Origin: Thermoproteota archaeon
GTDB lineage: Archaea > Asgardarchaeota > Jordiarchaeia > Jordiarchaeales > Freyrarchaeaceae
Reading direction: 5' to 3'
DNA length: 64,000 nt
Assembly: GCA_029258835.1 (NCBI GenBank)
Contig: JAPDJY010000034.1
Location: 31,036 to 95,035, forward strand
A program made the position numbers and the translations under genes. The notes under the pieces are model-generated. The model did not search any database. It was not told the DNA's origin and was given only the letters and a program-made list of their open reading frames with translations. This document shows, piece after piece, positions 20,887-28,792 of the stretch; positions within the stretch are counted from its first letter, which is position 1, and every line of letters starts with the position of its first letter.

Positions 20887-21038
20887 GGTCCCGTCGCCTA
20901 GCCAGGAGCTGCAGACTGAAAGGGCGCCGACTTGCAAGAGCGTAAACGTAGGCGTAAGCCTTCTAAGCCGGAGTTCCCGGGTTCAAGAACCACCACTAAG
21001 CAACTTGGTGGTGGTTGAAAGTCCCGGCGGGACCACCA
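20887..21038 (+). tRNA. tRNA-Arg(TCT), three introns (D-loop ~20909-20920; 29/30 20930-20957; 59/60 20988-21021)
   Basis: Acceptor GGTCCCG/CGGGACC plus ACCA; spliced anticodon arm CCGGC-CTTCTAA-GCCGG; clean BHB TTCA/TGAA with ACCACCAC/GTGGTGGT outer helix; D-loop boundary less certain. Confidence 0.9.
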
Positions 21039-21051
21039 CCTTTTCCCCGTT

Positions 21052-22035
21052 TCAACCCTTAAAGAAGTGTTCGTATCCTTTTTGAGGTATATTAACCCAG
21101 CCCTTTTCTGGATGCTTAAATATGACCTTCTTTTCTTCAATGACCCTCCCCATTTCGTAGAGGTTGCCTCCGACCTTCCTCACGGCGTCCACAGCCTTCA
21201 CCCATTTATCGTTTGGTACCGTTACGACTAGCTCGTATTCTTCGCCGCCGTAGAATGCTAGCTCGTAAGGGTCTAACCGGTTTTCCTCCGCGAAGGACGA
21301 AACCTCAGGGTGTATTGGGACGTGTTCTATGGCGAACCCGACATTGCTTGCGTTGGAGAGCTCATGGAGTGATGCAGCCAGCCCATCACTGCTATCTATG
21401 CTGGAGGACACATATCCCCCTTCCGCCAGCACAACTCCCTCATTAACCCTCGCCTTGGGATTGTAAACTGCCTCCACGCACTTTCTGACTCCATTCCTTC
21501 CTAACCCGCTTAAAAGAACCTTTAAACCTACCGCGGTCATGCCGAATAATCCGGTGGTAGCCACTATATCGCCTAGTTTCGCTCCCTCTCTCGAAATAAC
21601 TCTTCTAGCTAAGCCTATCACCGCCCCAGAGATAACCACCTCGTCCGCTTCGTTCACGTCTCCTCCAAGATAACATGCACCATAAGCCTTCGACGCCTCA
21701 ACGATTCCTTCAACGACCTCTAAGACATCCCTAACCTTAAAGTTCCTTGGAAAGCCAAACGCGTACATCCCCCCAATAGGCTTAGCCCCCTTAGCAGCCA
21801 AGTCGCTTACATTCATTACAACCGTTTTCCATCCCACCTGACGCCACGTCATTCCTGGAGGAACATCCGTCCTTGCAACCAACATGTCACAGTTAAACAC
21901 AAGTATCCCCTTTTCCAAGTGAACAGCCGCAGCATCGTCTCCAAACGGCAAAGCCACGCCTTCACACTCCGCTAGTATGCTCAAAATCCTCTTCACCAGC
22001 TCCTTCTCGCCTAAATCCCCAACCTTCACAAGCAA
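21052..22035 (-). CDS. thiL: Thiamine-monophosphate kinase
   Basis: GDDAA, NVSDLAAKGA, GGD, DSSDGL, GGEEYEL, GYEHF. Confidence 0.95.
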   Translation of the reverse strand: MLVKVGDLGEKELVKRILSILAECEGVALPFGDDAAAVHLEKGILVFNCDMLVARTDVPPGMTWRQVGWKTVVMNVSDLAAKGAKPIGGMYAFGFPRNFKVRDVLEVVEGIVEASKAYGACYLGGDVNEADEVVISGAVIGLARRVISREGAKLGDIVATTGLFGMTAVGLKVLLSGLGRNGVRKCVEAVYNPKARVNEGVVLAEGGYVSSSIDSSDGLAASLHELSNASNVGFAIEHVPIHPEVSSFAEENRLDPYELAFYGGEEYELVVTVPNDKWVKAVDAVRKVGGNLYEMGRVIEEKKVIFKHPEKGWVNIPQKGYEHFFKG

Positions 22036-22313
22036 CCCCTCCGCTTAAAGGCTCAATCTAAAAACAAACATGCACCATAACCATCTACAAAAGAGGAATG
22101 CTCAATAAATTAACTCAACTCCTCAACACCACCATCAGTCAACCAATAAGGGATTCCTACGAAAAGGAATTACGCCCACCATAAGTCCAATGAAGATCAA
22201 TTCCCATCCAACTCAGGCAAACACAAGAAAACTCCATCTAACCACACGTCGCCAGATGCCTCCTAGATCCCCCTAAAGTTGCCACCCACCCCAACAGGAA
22301 AAGAACAGGTGGA

Positions 22314-22409
22314 AGCCCCGGGCGGGTATTCCGACTTGCTTCGAACCCGCGACCTGCGGCTCACCCGAACACTTACGAGGCCGCCGCTCTACCACTGAGC
22401 TACCGGGGC
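22314..22409 (-). tRNA. tRNA-Thr(CGT), two 12-nt introns (37/38 22362-22373; 59/60 22328-22339)
   Basis: GCCCCGG/CCGGGGC acceptor, U73, GCGGC-CTCGTA/A-GCCGC anticodon arm, BHB helices CTCG/CGGG and TTCG/CGGA. Confidence 0.9.
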
Positions 22410-22454
22410 TCCGCTCTCCCATATTAAAAGTTCAAAATATAAACCTTTTCTATC

Positions 22455-22672
22455 TGCCTTGCGAAGCAGTTAGGTATTTGGTGGTATTTGTGGGTGTTGG
22501 TGAGTGAACAGGTGGAGGCTGCCCCGGATGCTCAGCCGCCTAGCGGCCTAGAGGGCGGAACCCTCAGATGAGGAGCTCCTAGGCTCCCCCGATAGCCCAC
22601 GAGACCACCCAGGCCGATGCGTGGAAAGGAGTAGACATCCACAAAAGCCCATCTACCCCAAAACCCGCTCCG
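22455..22672 (+). mobile_element. Non-autonomous IS607/IS605-like miniature element, copy A
   Basis: Shares TGCCTTGCGAAGCAGTTA start, GT-rich repeats, a GATG.GG.GCTCC..GG.T.CCCCGA.AGCCC core and a CA-rich end with 51897-52085; right boundary approximate. Confidence 0.65.
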
Positions 22673-23091
22673 TTACATAATGTTTTTCCTCTCTTCATTT
22701 ACAGACTATGTTGTAAAATGAACTTCGTAAAATGAACTCTTCACGTGCCCCATTCTGCCTACAACCCTCCGCTGCCACGTGGATAAAGGTAGCTTTTGAA
22801 AAAGAAGTCTGGCTGCATTAAACCACTTCTTATCCTGACCCTCATACACGAAAGATTTGCCTTCCCTCTTCTAAATCAGTTCATTATATTTCTAGGTTGC
22901 TAAAAGTTAATTGCCTCTAGCTTAAAGTTATTTACCGTCTATAAGTACCAGTAGAGTTTAAATTAATTAAGGATCCCCTATGGAAGAAGGGGAAGGGAGC
23001 CTAAATACCTCAAATAATTGCTGATAACAACGAATATTTTTTCTAGAAAATTTATTTTCAATTCTTCTTAATATCTTTATCTTGAATTATT

Positions 23092-23134
23092 TTTTATTGA
23101 ATATGGAATTTTTTATTGAATATTTTATTGAATA
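23092..23134 (+). repeat. Three direct copies of TTTTATTGAATA upstream of the orphan ORF
   Basis: Read directly at about 23092, 23111 and 23123. Confidence 0.8.
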
Positions 23135-23181
23135 CGGAAGCCGTCTTCGTTGGAGGTGTGTTGCAGAAGCTAGGAGGATGA

Positions 23182-23577
23182 GTGGGGAAGATGTGGAAGA
23201 AATGGTTTGTGAGAAAGCCGGCAGGAACGTCCTCTAACGTTTCTGACGAGGCAAAGGAGGTAGCGATACGTCACTACGAGCTTCTACAGAAAGGAGATTA
23301 TGAAGGGTGGGTTAGCACGTTATGCTTGTGGCTTCAGGAAGTAGCAGGCAGGTCGGGTAGCAGTCCGTATTTCTGGTGGAAGACTGGACGCCACTATGTT
23401 GAAGACTATGGTGTATACTACGAGTATTATAAGGAGGGTAAGTCGTCATTTCCTAATACTAGAAAATTCTTTTTTAAGCGTAAGAACCCTGATGGAAGCG
23501 ACAGAGGGATGCCTGTTCCCATAACAGTTAAACTGGATGAGGATGGAGTTTGGAGAGTAGATCAAGCCAGTTACTAA
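23182..23577 (+). CDS. Hypothetical protein, possibly NTF2-like fold
   Basis: GGAGG RBS; N-terminal helix HYELLQKGDYE and C-terminal VKLDEDGVWRVD strand pattern. Confidence 0.6.
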   Translation: MGKMWKKWFVRKPAGTSSNVSDEAKEVAIRHYELLQKGDYEGWVSTLCLWLQEVAGRSGSSPYFWWKTGRHYVEDYGVYYEYYKEGKSSFPNTRKFFFKRKNPDGSDRGMPVPITVKLDEDGVWRVDQASY

Positions 23578-24164
23578 CCCAATTTTTTCCTTCTTCACTT
23601 TATCCAGTTGGAACGGAACCTTTCCCTTCTCTGGTCATTCTTCGGAGAAGTGGAATGATAGTGAAATTACGCAACTTAACCGGCCTATCCGTAGCTCTAA
23701 GTGCTTAGGGGGCATTTATTGTAGTGTGGAGTCGGGTGGAAGAAGCTATGGGGCATGTGCCAGCAAGAGCAGGAATCAGATTCGATGTTAAATTTTTGAA
23801 GCTGCGTAAACATCTGTTCAGAGAAAGCGTTAATTTTAATGTTAACTGGCAAGTGTTAAATGCAAGGGTTAATGTGGTCCCTAATAGATTGCATGCGTAG
23901 CTATTAACAATGGATTAATAGTTTTAACTGGAAAAGGGGAAACGTGGTCGGATAGTTGGAGGGTTTACGTGTGGCTGCTCTAGGGTGCTCCATTTACATG
24001 GCGGTGGAGAGGGGCATGGAGGAAGAAGGACCACTATGTGACAAGGAGAACACAGGGAAATGAAGGACCTAAAAGGTAAATTTTGAAAGCAAAAGGTTAA
24101 TAGGTTTCAATTTTCTCTCATTAAACGGTCACAGTCCTCTTCTAAGTTTTTAAGGTGTTCTGTA

Positions 24165-25526
24165 ATGGTTCTGGAAGCTCTTGGTGAAGGCTTAAGGAGC
24201 GCTATAAATAAGCTTCTCCGGTCAACGGTTGCTGACCGGGCGGCTGTAAAAGAGCTTGTAAAGGAGATACAGCGCGCCCTCCTTTCCTCCGACGTCAACG
24301 TTGAACTAGTCCTTAAATTGTCTGAGAGGATAGAGAAGAGAGCCCTCGAGGAGAAGCTCCCTCCAGGGGTAAGCAGGAGGGAGCACATAGTTAAGATCGT
24401 GTATGAGGAGCTTGCTAACATAATCGGCAGCAGGGCGCGTGGCTTGAAGATCAAGCCTAGCCAGCCGAACGTTATAATGCTCGTCGGGATTCAGGGTTCA
24501 GGTAAAACAACTACGGCGGCGAAGCTTGCAAGGTATCTGTTCAAGAGAGGGTTCAAAACCGCCCTTGTATGCGCCGACACGTTCCGGCTTGGAGCATACG
24601 AGCAGCTCAAGCAGCTGGCCGAGATGGCTGGCATACCATTCTACGGTGAGCTAGGCGCTAAGAACAGCGTGGCAGTCGCTAAGAGGGGGATCAAGCACTT
24701 TCAGGAGAAGGGGTACGAGGTCATAATCGTTGACACAGCAGGCAGACACAAGGAGGAAAGTGAGCTAATGGCTGAAATGAAGGAGATAGCTAGGGCTATA
24801 AAGCCAACCGAGATAATGCTTGTCGTGGATGGGACATTAGGGCAGCAGGCGATGTCCCAGGCTAAAGCCTTCAAGGAAGCCACAGACATAGGATCCATAA
24901 TTGTAACAAAGCTTGACGGCTCAGCTAGAGGTGGAGGCGCCCTTTCCGCGGTAGCCGCAACGGGAGCTCCGGTCAAGTTCATAGGCACAGGGGAGAAAAT
25001 AGATGATATAGAGGCCTTCGATCCGGTCAGGTTTGTCAGCCGGCTCCTAGGGATGGGCGACCTTCAAGCCCTCCTCGAAAAGGTAAGGGAAGCGGAGATA
25101 CGACCTGAAAAGGAGGATGCCGTCGTCCTCCTAACAGGCCGTTTTACATTAAAGGACTTCTATAAGTGGATGGAGCAAGCTAGGAAAATGGGTCCCATAG
25201 GGAAAATTTTCGAGCTCATGGGGATTTCCAGCATCCCCAAAGAGCTTAAGGATATGGCTGAGACTAAGCTGGACAGGTGGAAGGTCATAATGCAGTCCAT
25301 GACGGAGGAGGAACTCGAAGACCCTAAGATCCTTAATAGGTCGAGAGTTAACAGGATCGCTAGGGGCTCTGGTACGACGCCTAGGGAGGTTAAGGAGCTC
25401 ATAGACCAGTACTTTACGGCGAAGAAGATGGTGAAAGCCCTAGGGAAAAGAAGGCTGAGAGGGAAAGGCCTTCCCATACGGGGCATACCTCTTGAGCAGC
25501 TTGAAAAGCTTGTGGGCCGCCTATGA
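24165..25526 (+). CDS. srp54: Signal recognition particle protein SRP54
   Basis: GIQGSGKTTT, DTAGR, TKLDG, Met-rich M domain with RIARGSG. Confidence 0.97.
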   Translation: MVLEALGEGLRSAINKLLRSTVADRAAVKELVKEIQRALLSSDVNVELVLKLSERIEKRALEEKLPPGVSRREHIVKIVYEELANIIGSRARGLKIKPSQPNVIMLVGIQGSGKTTTAAKLARYLFKRGFKTALVCADTFRLGAYEQLKQLAEMAGIPFYGELGAKNSVAVAKRGIKHFQEKGYEVIIVDTAGRHKEESELMAEMKEIARAIKPTEIMLVVDGTLGQQAMSQAKAFKEATDIGSIIVTKLDGSARGGGALSAVAATGAPVKFIGTGEKIDDIEAFDPVRFVSRLLGMGDLQALLEKVREAEIRPEKEDAVVLLTGRFTLKDFYKWMEQARKMGPIGKIFELMGISSIPKELKDMAETKLDRWKVIMQSMTEEELEDPKILNRSRVNRIARGSGTTPREVKELIDQYFTAKKMVKALGKRRLRGKGLPIRGIPLEQLEKLVGRL

Positions 25527-26092
25527 GGAGCTTCTACCTGCTATCTCACACTTTCCCGTCTCCGCTGAAGCCCCAAATAGATAGGGGCATTGTGGACGAG
25601 GAGACCGCAGAAATCTGTTCGTGTGTAAGAGCCGCCCTCTTCCTCTCCCACGACATAAGAAGAGACGTTCAAGTACACCTAATAGCTTCAGATGAAAACA
25701 GGGAGATAGTGATTGACGGGAGCAAGGTCAGGTACCTCTCCCCTGACGAGCGTTCCATCTGCATGTTACTCATAAAAATGAATGAGAAGAAGAGCTCTAG
25801 AAGGCCGTGGCGGGGAGTAACAGCTAAACCGTTCACCTCCCTTCAGGACTCCATCCCTCCGGGAACGGTGCTCGTCGCCCTTAGCGGCCATGGAAGAGAC
25901 GTGCGGCAACTGAAAAGCTTAAAGGATGTAAGCGTAGTAGTTCCATTATACCCTCTTTCAAGGGACGAGGAACAGTCATTGAAGCAGCTCAGAGCGATTC
26001 CCGTTAAACGGAGGAAAACCCTCCCAAGTCACTTCATAGTGCTTCTAAACAATTATTTAGACCTCTTGGAGGCTCAGCCATGTACCCCATAG
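25523..26092 (+). CDS. trmY: tRNA (pseudouridine54-N1)-methyltransferase TrmY-like
   Basis: ALFLSHDIRRD and PDERS motifs; next to pus10; C-terminal knot diverged. Confidence 0.75.
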   Translation: MRSFYLLSHTFPSPLKPQIDRGIVDEETAEICSCVRAALFLSHDIRRDVQVHLIASDENREIVIDGSKVRYLSPDERSICMLLIKMNEKKSSRRPWRGVTAKPFTSLQDSIPPGTVLVALSGHGRDVRQLKSLKDVSVVVPLYPLSRDEEQSLKQLRAIPVKRRKTLPSHFIVLLNNYLDLLEAQPCTP

Positions 26093-27480
26093 TGAAAGCT
26101 CTTGAAATACTAAAGAAAATCCCCCTCTGCAATAGTTGCCTAGGTAGGCAGTTCGCCCTCCTAGGCATGGGATCAAATAACCCGAGCAGAGGGCATGCCT
26201 TAAAGCTAACCCTAACAATGACCGCACACTACATGCTCAGGGAAAATCCCGAGGAGGCCGTCAAGATCCTCAAGGTTCTCGCCTCCAACGGAATGTTCCA
26301 GCCCGCGGTGGAAACCCTACAGAAGGAAGGAATTCCGATAGAGGTCAGCGAGAATAAATGCTACATCTGCGGTGGATTAATGCTCAGAAAAAGGGAAATC
26401 GCCCAGAAGATAGCTTCCCTCCTAGAAAATTATGACTACAGAACACTTCTGATAGGATGTCACGTACCAATAGACCTCACTGAGAGGGACGATGAAGTTA
26501 AAGCCGCACACCAAGTGGATACGGGAGAGTCGCTTAAGGCAGAGTTCAACAGGGAGGTTGGGAAAATAGTCTCAGCTCTTACCGGTAAACCAGTAGACTT
26601 CAAAAACCCTGACATAGTAGCCGTCGTAAACCTTGAAAACCTAGAAGTAACGATCAACTCAAACCCGATTTACATTGGAGGACGCTACCTAAAATACGTA
26701 AGAGGAATTCCGCAAACCAAATGGCCATGTAAAGCATGCAAAGGGCAAGGATGTCCCCGATGTGGAGGAACAGGAAAGATGTACCCTGAATCCGTGGAAG
26801 AACTCGTAACAGCCCCAATCCTCGAGGAAACCGGAGGGGAAGAAGCAAAGTTCCACGGGGCAGGAAGAGAAGACATAGACGCGAGAATGCTCGGCACAGG
26901 CCGCCCCTTCATAGTAGAAGTGAAAAACCCAAAGAAACGCAACATAGACCTCCAAAAACTACAGGACAAAATAAACCAGTACGCCCAGGGGAAAGTCGAA
27001 GTCCACTCCCTCCACTTCGCAGTAAAAGAACAGGTAAGACAGCTGAAAGCCCTATCCCAGTTCGCCCCTAAAACCTATAAAGCCATAGTTAAAGTCGACA
27101 GGGAGATAACCTCAGAAGAGCTTAAAGCACTTGAACAAAAACTCACAGGACAAACAGTAAGGCAGAAAACGCCAAGAAGGGTAGCCCACAGACGGGCCGT
27201 GAAAACAAGGCTCAAAAAGGTCTACGAGGCACACGTAAACCAAGTAGACCCTCACACCTTCGAGCTAATTGTAAAATGTCAAGGTGGACTTTACGTCAAA
27301 GAACTAGTAACAGGGGACAGGAGAAGAACACGGCCAAGTGTATCAGAAATACTAAATGCGAAAGCAGAGTGCACCCAACTAGACGTAATAGACGTAGGAG
27401 CAACAATACCCCCACAGGAAGAACAAAACCAAAAAGTTTATTTATCACCCACCTACTCACTCGATCACGAGGGCCCGTAG
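26080..27480 (+). CDS. pus10: tRNA pseudouridine 54/55 synthase Pus10
   Basis: LC.SCLGRQF, THUMP region, GRYLK..RGIPQT, HGAGREDIDARM, GGLYVKEL. Confidence 0.96.
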   Translation: MYPIVKALEILKKIPLCNSCLGRQFALLGMGSNNPSRGHALKLTLTMTAHYMLRENPEEAVKILKVLASNGMFQPAVETLQKEGIPIEVSENKCYICGGLMLRKREIAQKIASLLENYDYRTLLIGCHVPIDLTERDDEVKAAHQVDTGESLKAEFNREVGKIVSALTGKPVDFKNPDIVAVVNLENLEVTINSNPIYIGGRYLKYVRGIPQTKWPCKACKGQGCPRCGGTGKMYPESVEELVTAPILEETGGEEAKFHGAGREDIDARMLGTGRPFIVEVKNPKKRNIDLQKLQDKINQYAQGKVEVHSLHFAVKEQVRQLKALSQFAPKTYKAIVKVDREITSEELKALEQKLTGQTVRQKTPRRVAHRRAVKTRLKKVYEAHVNQVDPHTFELIVKCQGGLYVKELVTGDRRRTRPSVSEILNAKAECTQLDVIDVGATIPPQEEQNQKVYLSPTYSLDHEGP

Positions 27481-27590
27481 CTCAGCCAGGTAGAGCGACA
27501 GGCTCATATCAGCCTACAACTGTTGAGAAACCTGTTGGTCCAGGGTTCGAAAGCATGGAGCTCCTCCAGCCGGAAATCCCTGCGGGCCCA
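27471..27590 (+). tRNA. tRNA with CAT anticodon, likely tRNA-Ile2, two introns (37/38 27509-27529; 59/60 27552-27576)
   Basis: GGGCCCG/CGGGCCC acceptor typical of archaeal Ile, A73; ACAGG-CTCATA/A-CCTGT; BHB helices CTCA/TGAG and TTCG/CGGA. Confidence 0.88.
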
Positions 27591-27893
27591 TCAACCCTCA
27601 ACATACAAAGAACTTATAATTCCTCTTTTTCATTTTCCTTGACAACCCTCACTGGGAAGCCGCTGAAGGTTAAGGGTTTCTAGGTAAAGGCATTTTTCGG
27701 GTATGTCAGGATGTAAAAAGGCAGTCAGCCAGAAACCCCAAGCAATACCTATAAGCTTCAAGCTTGATCTGTTACGTTTCCTCTCAGCAATATGGAAAAA
27801 GCGCTTAAAACCGTCGTGAAAACGTTCCTCAGCTATAGGTCTGAATAAACGCATAAAGTTTTTAAAATGCTTGACTTCTATTCTACTCTGAGT

Positions 27894-28022
27894 GCCTCGG
27901 TGGTGTAGCCCGGCCAAGGTTACGCTGATAGCATAAGGGGCTTAGAGGCTACGTCCTCGCCCAATCGACCCCTTGACCCGGGAACCACATGTTCGGGACT
28001 TCAAATCCCGGCCGAGGCACCA
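27894..28022 (+). tRNA. tRNA-Glu(TTC), three introns (D-loop 27917-27929; 34/35 27944-27964; 53/54 27983-27999)
   Basis: GCCTCGG/CCGAGGC plus ACCA; GTGTAGCCCGG D-arm; spliced AGGGG-CTTTCGA-CCCCT; BHB helices CGGC/GCTG, GGGC/GCCC, CCCG/CGGG. Confidence 0.9.
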
Positions 28023-28128
28023 CACCACATCCTCCACCCTGAGTAAAAACGAAAAACCTCGGTTACCAACAAGAAGCCGGTTAAGACTTTTAGGTTTTAA
28101 TGGTGGTGCTGGCTTAGAAGGAGTTTTG

Positions 28129-28306
28129 TGGCGCCGGGGGCAGGATTTCCGTTTGCATCTCGAACTTTCGCTCCCTTGGCTGCTGTTTCTAGCCCAGGGA
28201 TCTGCGACCACCAGGTCGCTGCGTACATGTACATAACAGCCTGGCGCTGACGGCCCGGCGCGCACGTGGCGCCTTACACCGTCTACCTGAACTGAGCTAC
28301 CCCGGC
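28129..28306 (-). tRNA. tRNA-Asn(GTT), four introns (D-stem ~28281-28248; 37/38 28233-28217; 52/53 28201-28166; 59/60 28158-28146)
   Basis: GCCGGGG/CCCCGGC, G73, CCA; removing 34+17+36+13 nt leaves a standard 78-nt cloverleaf with CCAGG-CTGTTAA-CCTGG. Confidence 0.88.
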
Positions 28307-28553
28307 ACCTAGTGAATGAGTAGGTTAGTCTTTCTTCTTAAATTTTTCGTGTGTTTACGTGAGAGCTAGTTGTTGGGATGGTGCAAGCCGGCTGTAAAGC
28401 TTAGAGGCTGCTAGAGAGGGTTTAAGATTGCTAGGGTGCTAATGGGCTCATTGGCTGGATGTGTCATGTTGCGTGGCTTTATTGGTTTTTCAGCATGTTT
28501 ATAAGGGAATGTTCTACTATTGTTCATTTGAGTTGTTGCATGGAGGGTTTGGT

Positions 28554-28784
28554 GTGGCTAAGAAGAGGCGTCGAAGTGAGGAGGCTCCTTTACCTGCGAC
28601 TAGTGCGGGTCTTATAAGGTTCTTTGAGGATGAGAGTGTCGGGGTTAAGGTGAGCCCCTTCTTGGTGGTTGCTGTAGCTGCCTCGATCATTGCAGCTGTC
28701 ATGTTGGCTCTCTACCTAAGCAGTAGTGGTAGCTGGCTTACTCAGTTTGCCGGCCAGTCTCCCTATGCTGGTTTATCCTTCTAG
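28554..28784 (+). CDS. secG: Protein translocase subunit Sec61beta
   Basis: AGLIRFFEDE..GVKVSP motif followed by one TM helix; GTG start at 28554. Confidence 0.9.
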   Translation: MAKKRRRSEEAPLPATSAGLIRFFEDESVGVKVSPFLVVAVAASIIAAVMLALYLSSSGSWLTQFAGQSPYAGLSF

Positions 28785-28792
28785 CTTTCTCT

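Noticed and set aside
20734-21140. Short ORFs between DUF434 and thiL
   Set aside because: They overlap the intron-containing tRNA-Arg and its promoter region
27471-27590. tRNA-Met call from the CAT anticodon
   Set aside because: The GGGCCCG acceptor fits Ile2, and the initiator features A1-U72 and three consecutive G-C anticodon-stem pairs are absent
27276-28265. Several 87-135 aa ORFs
   Set aside because: They overlap three tRNA genes and are spurious
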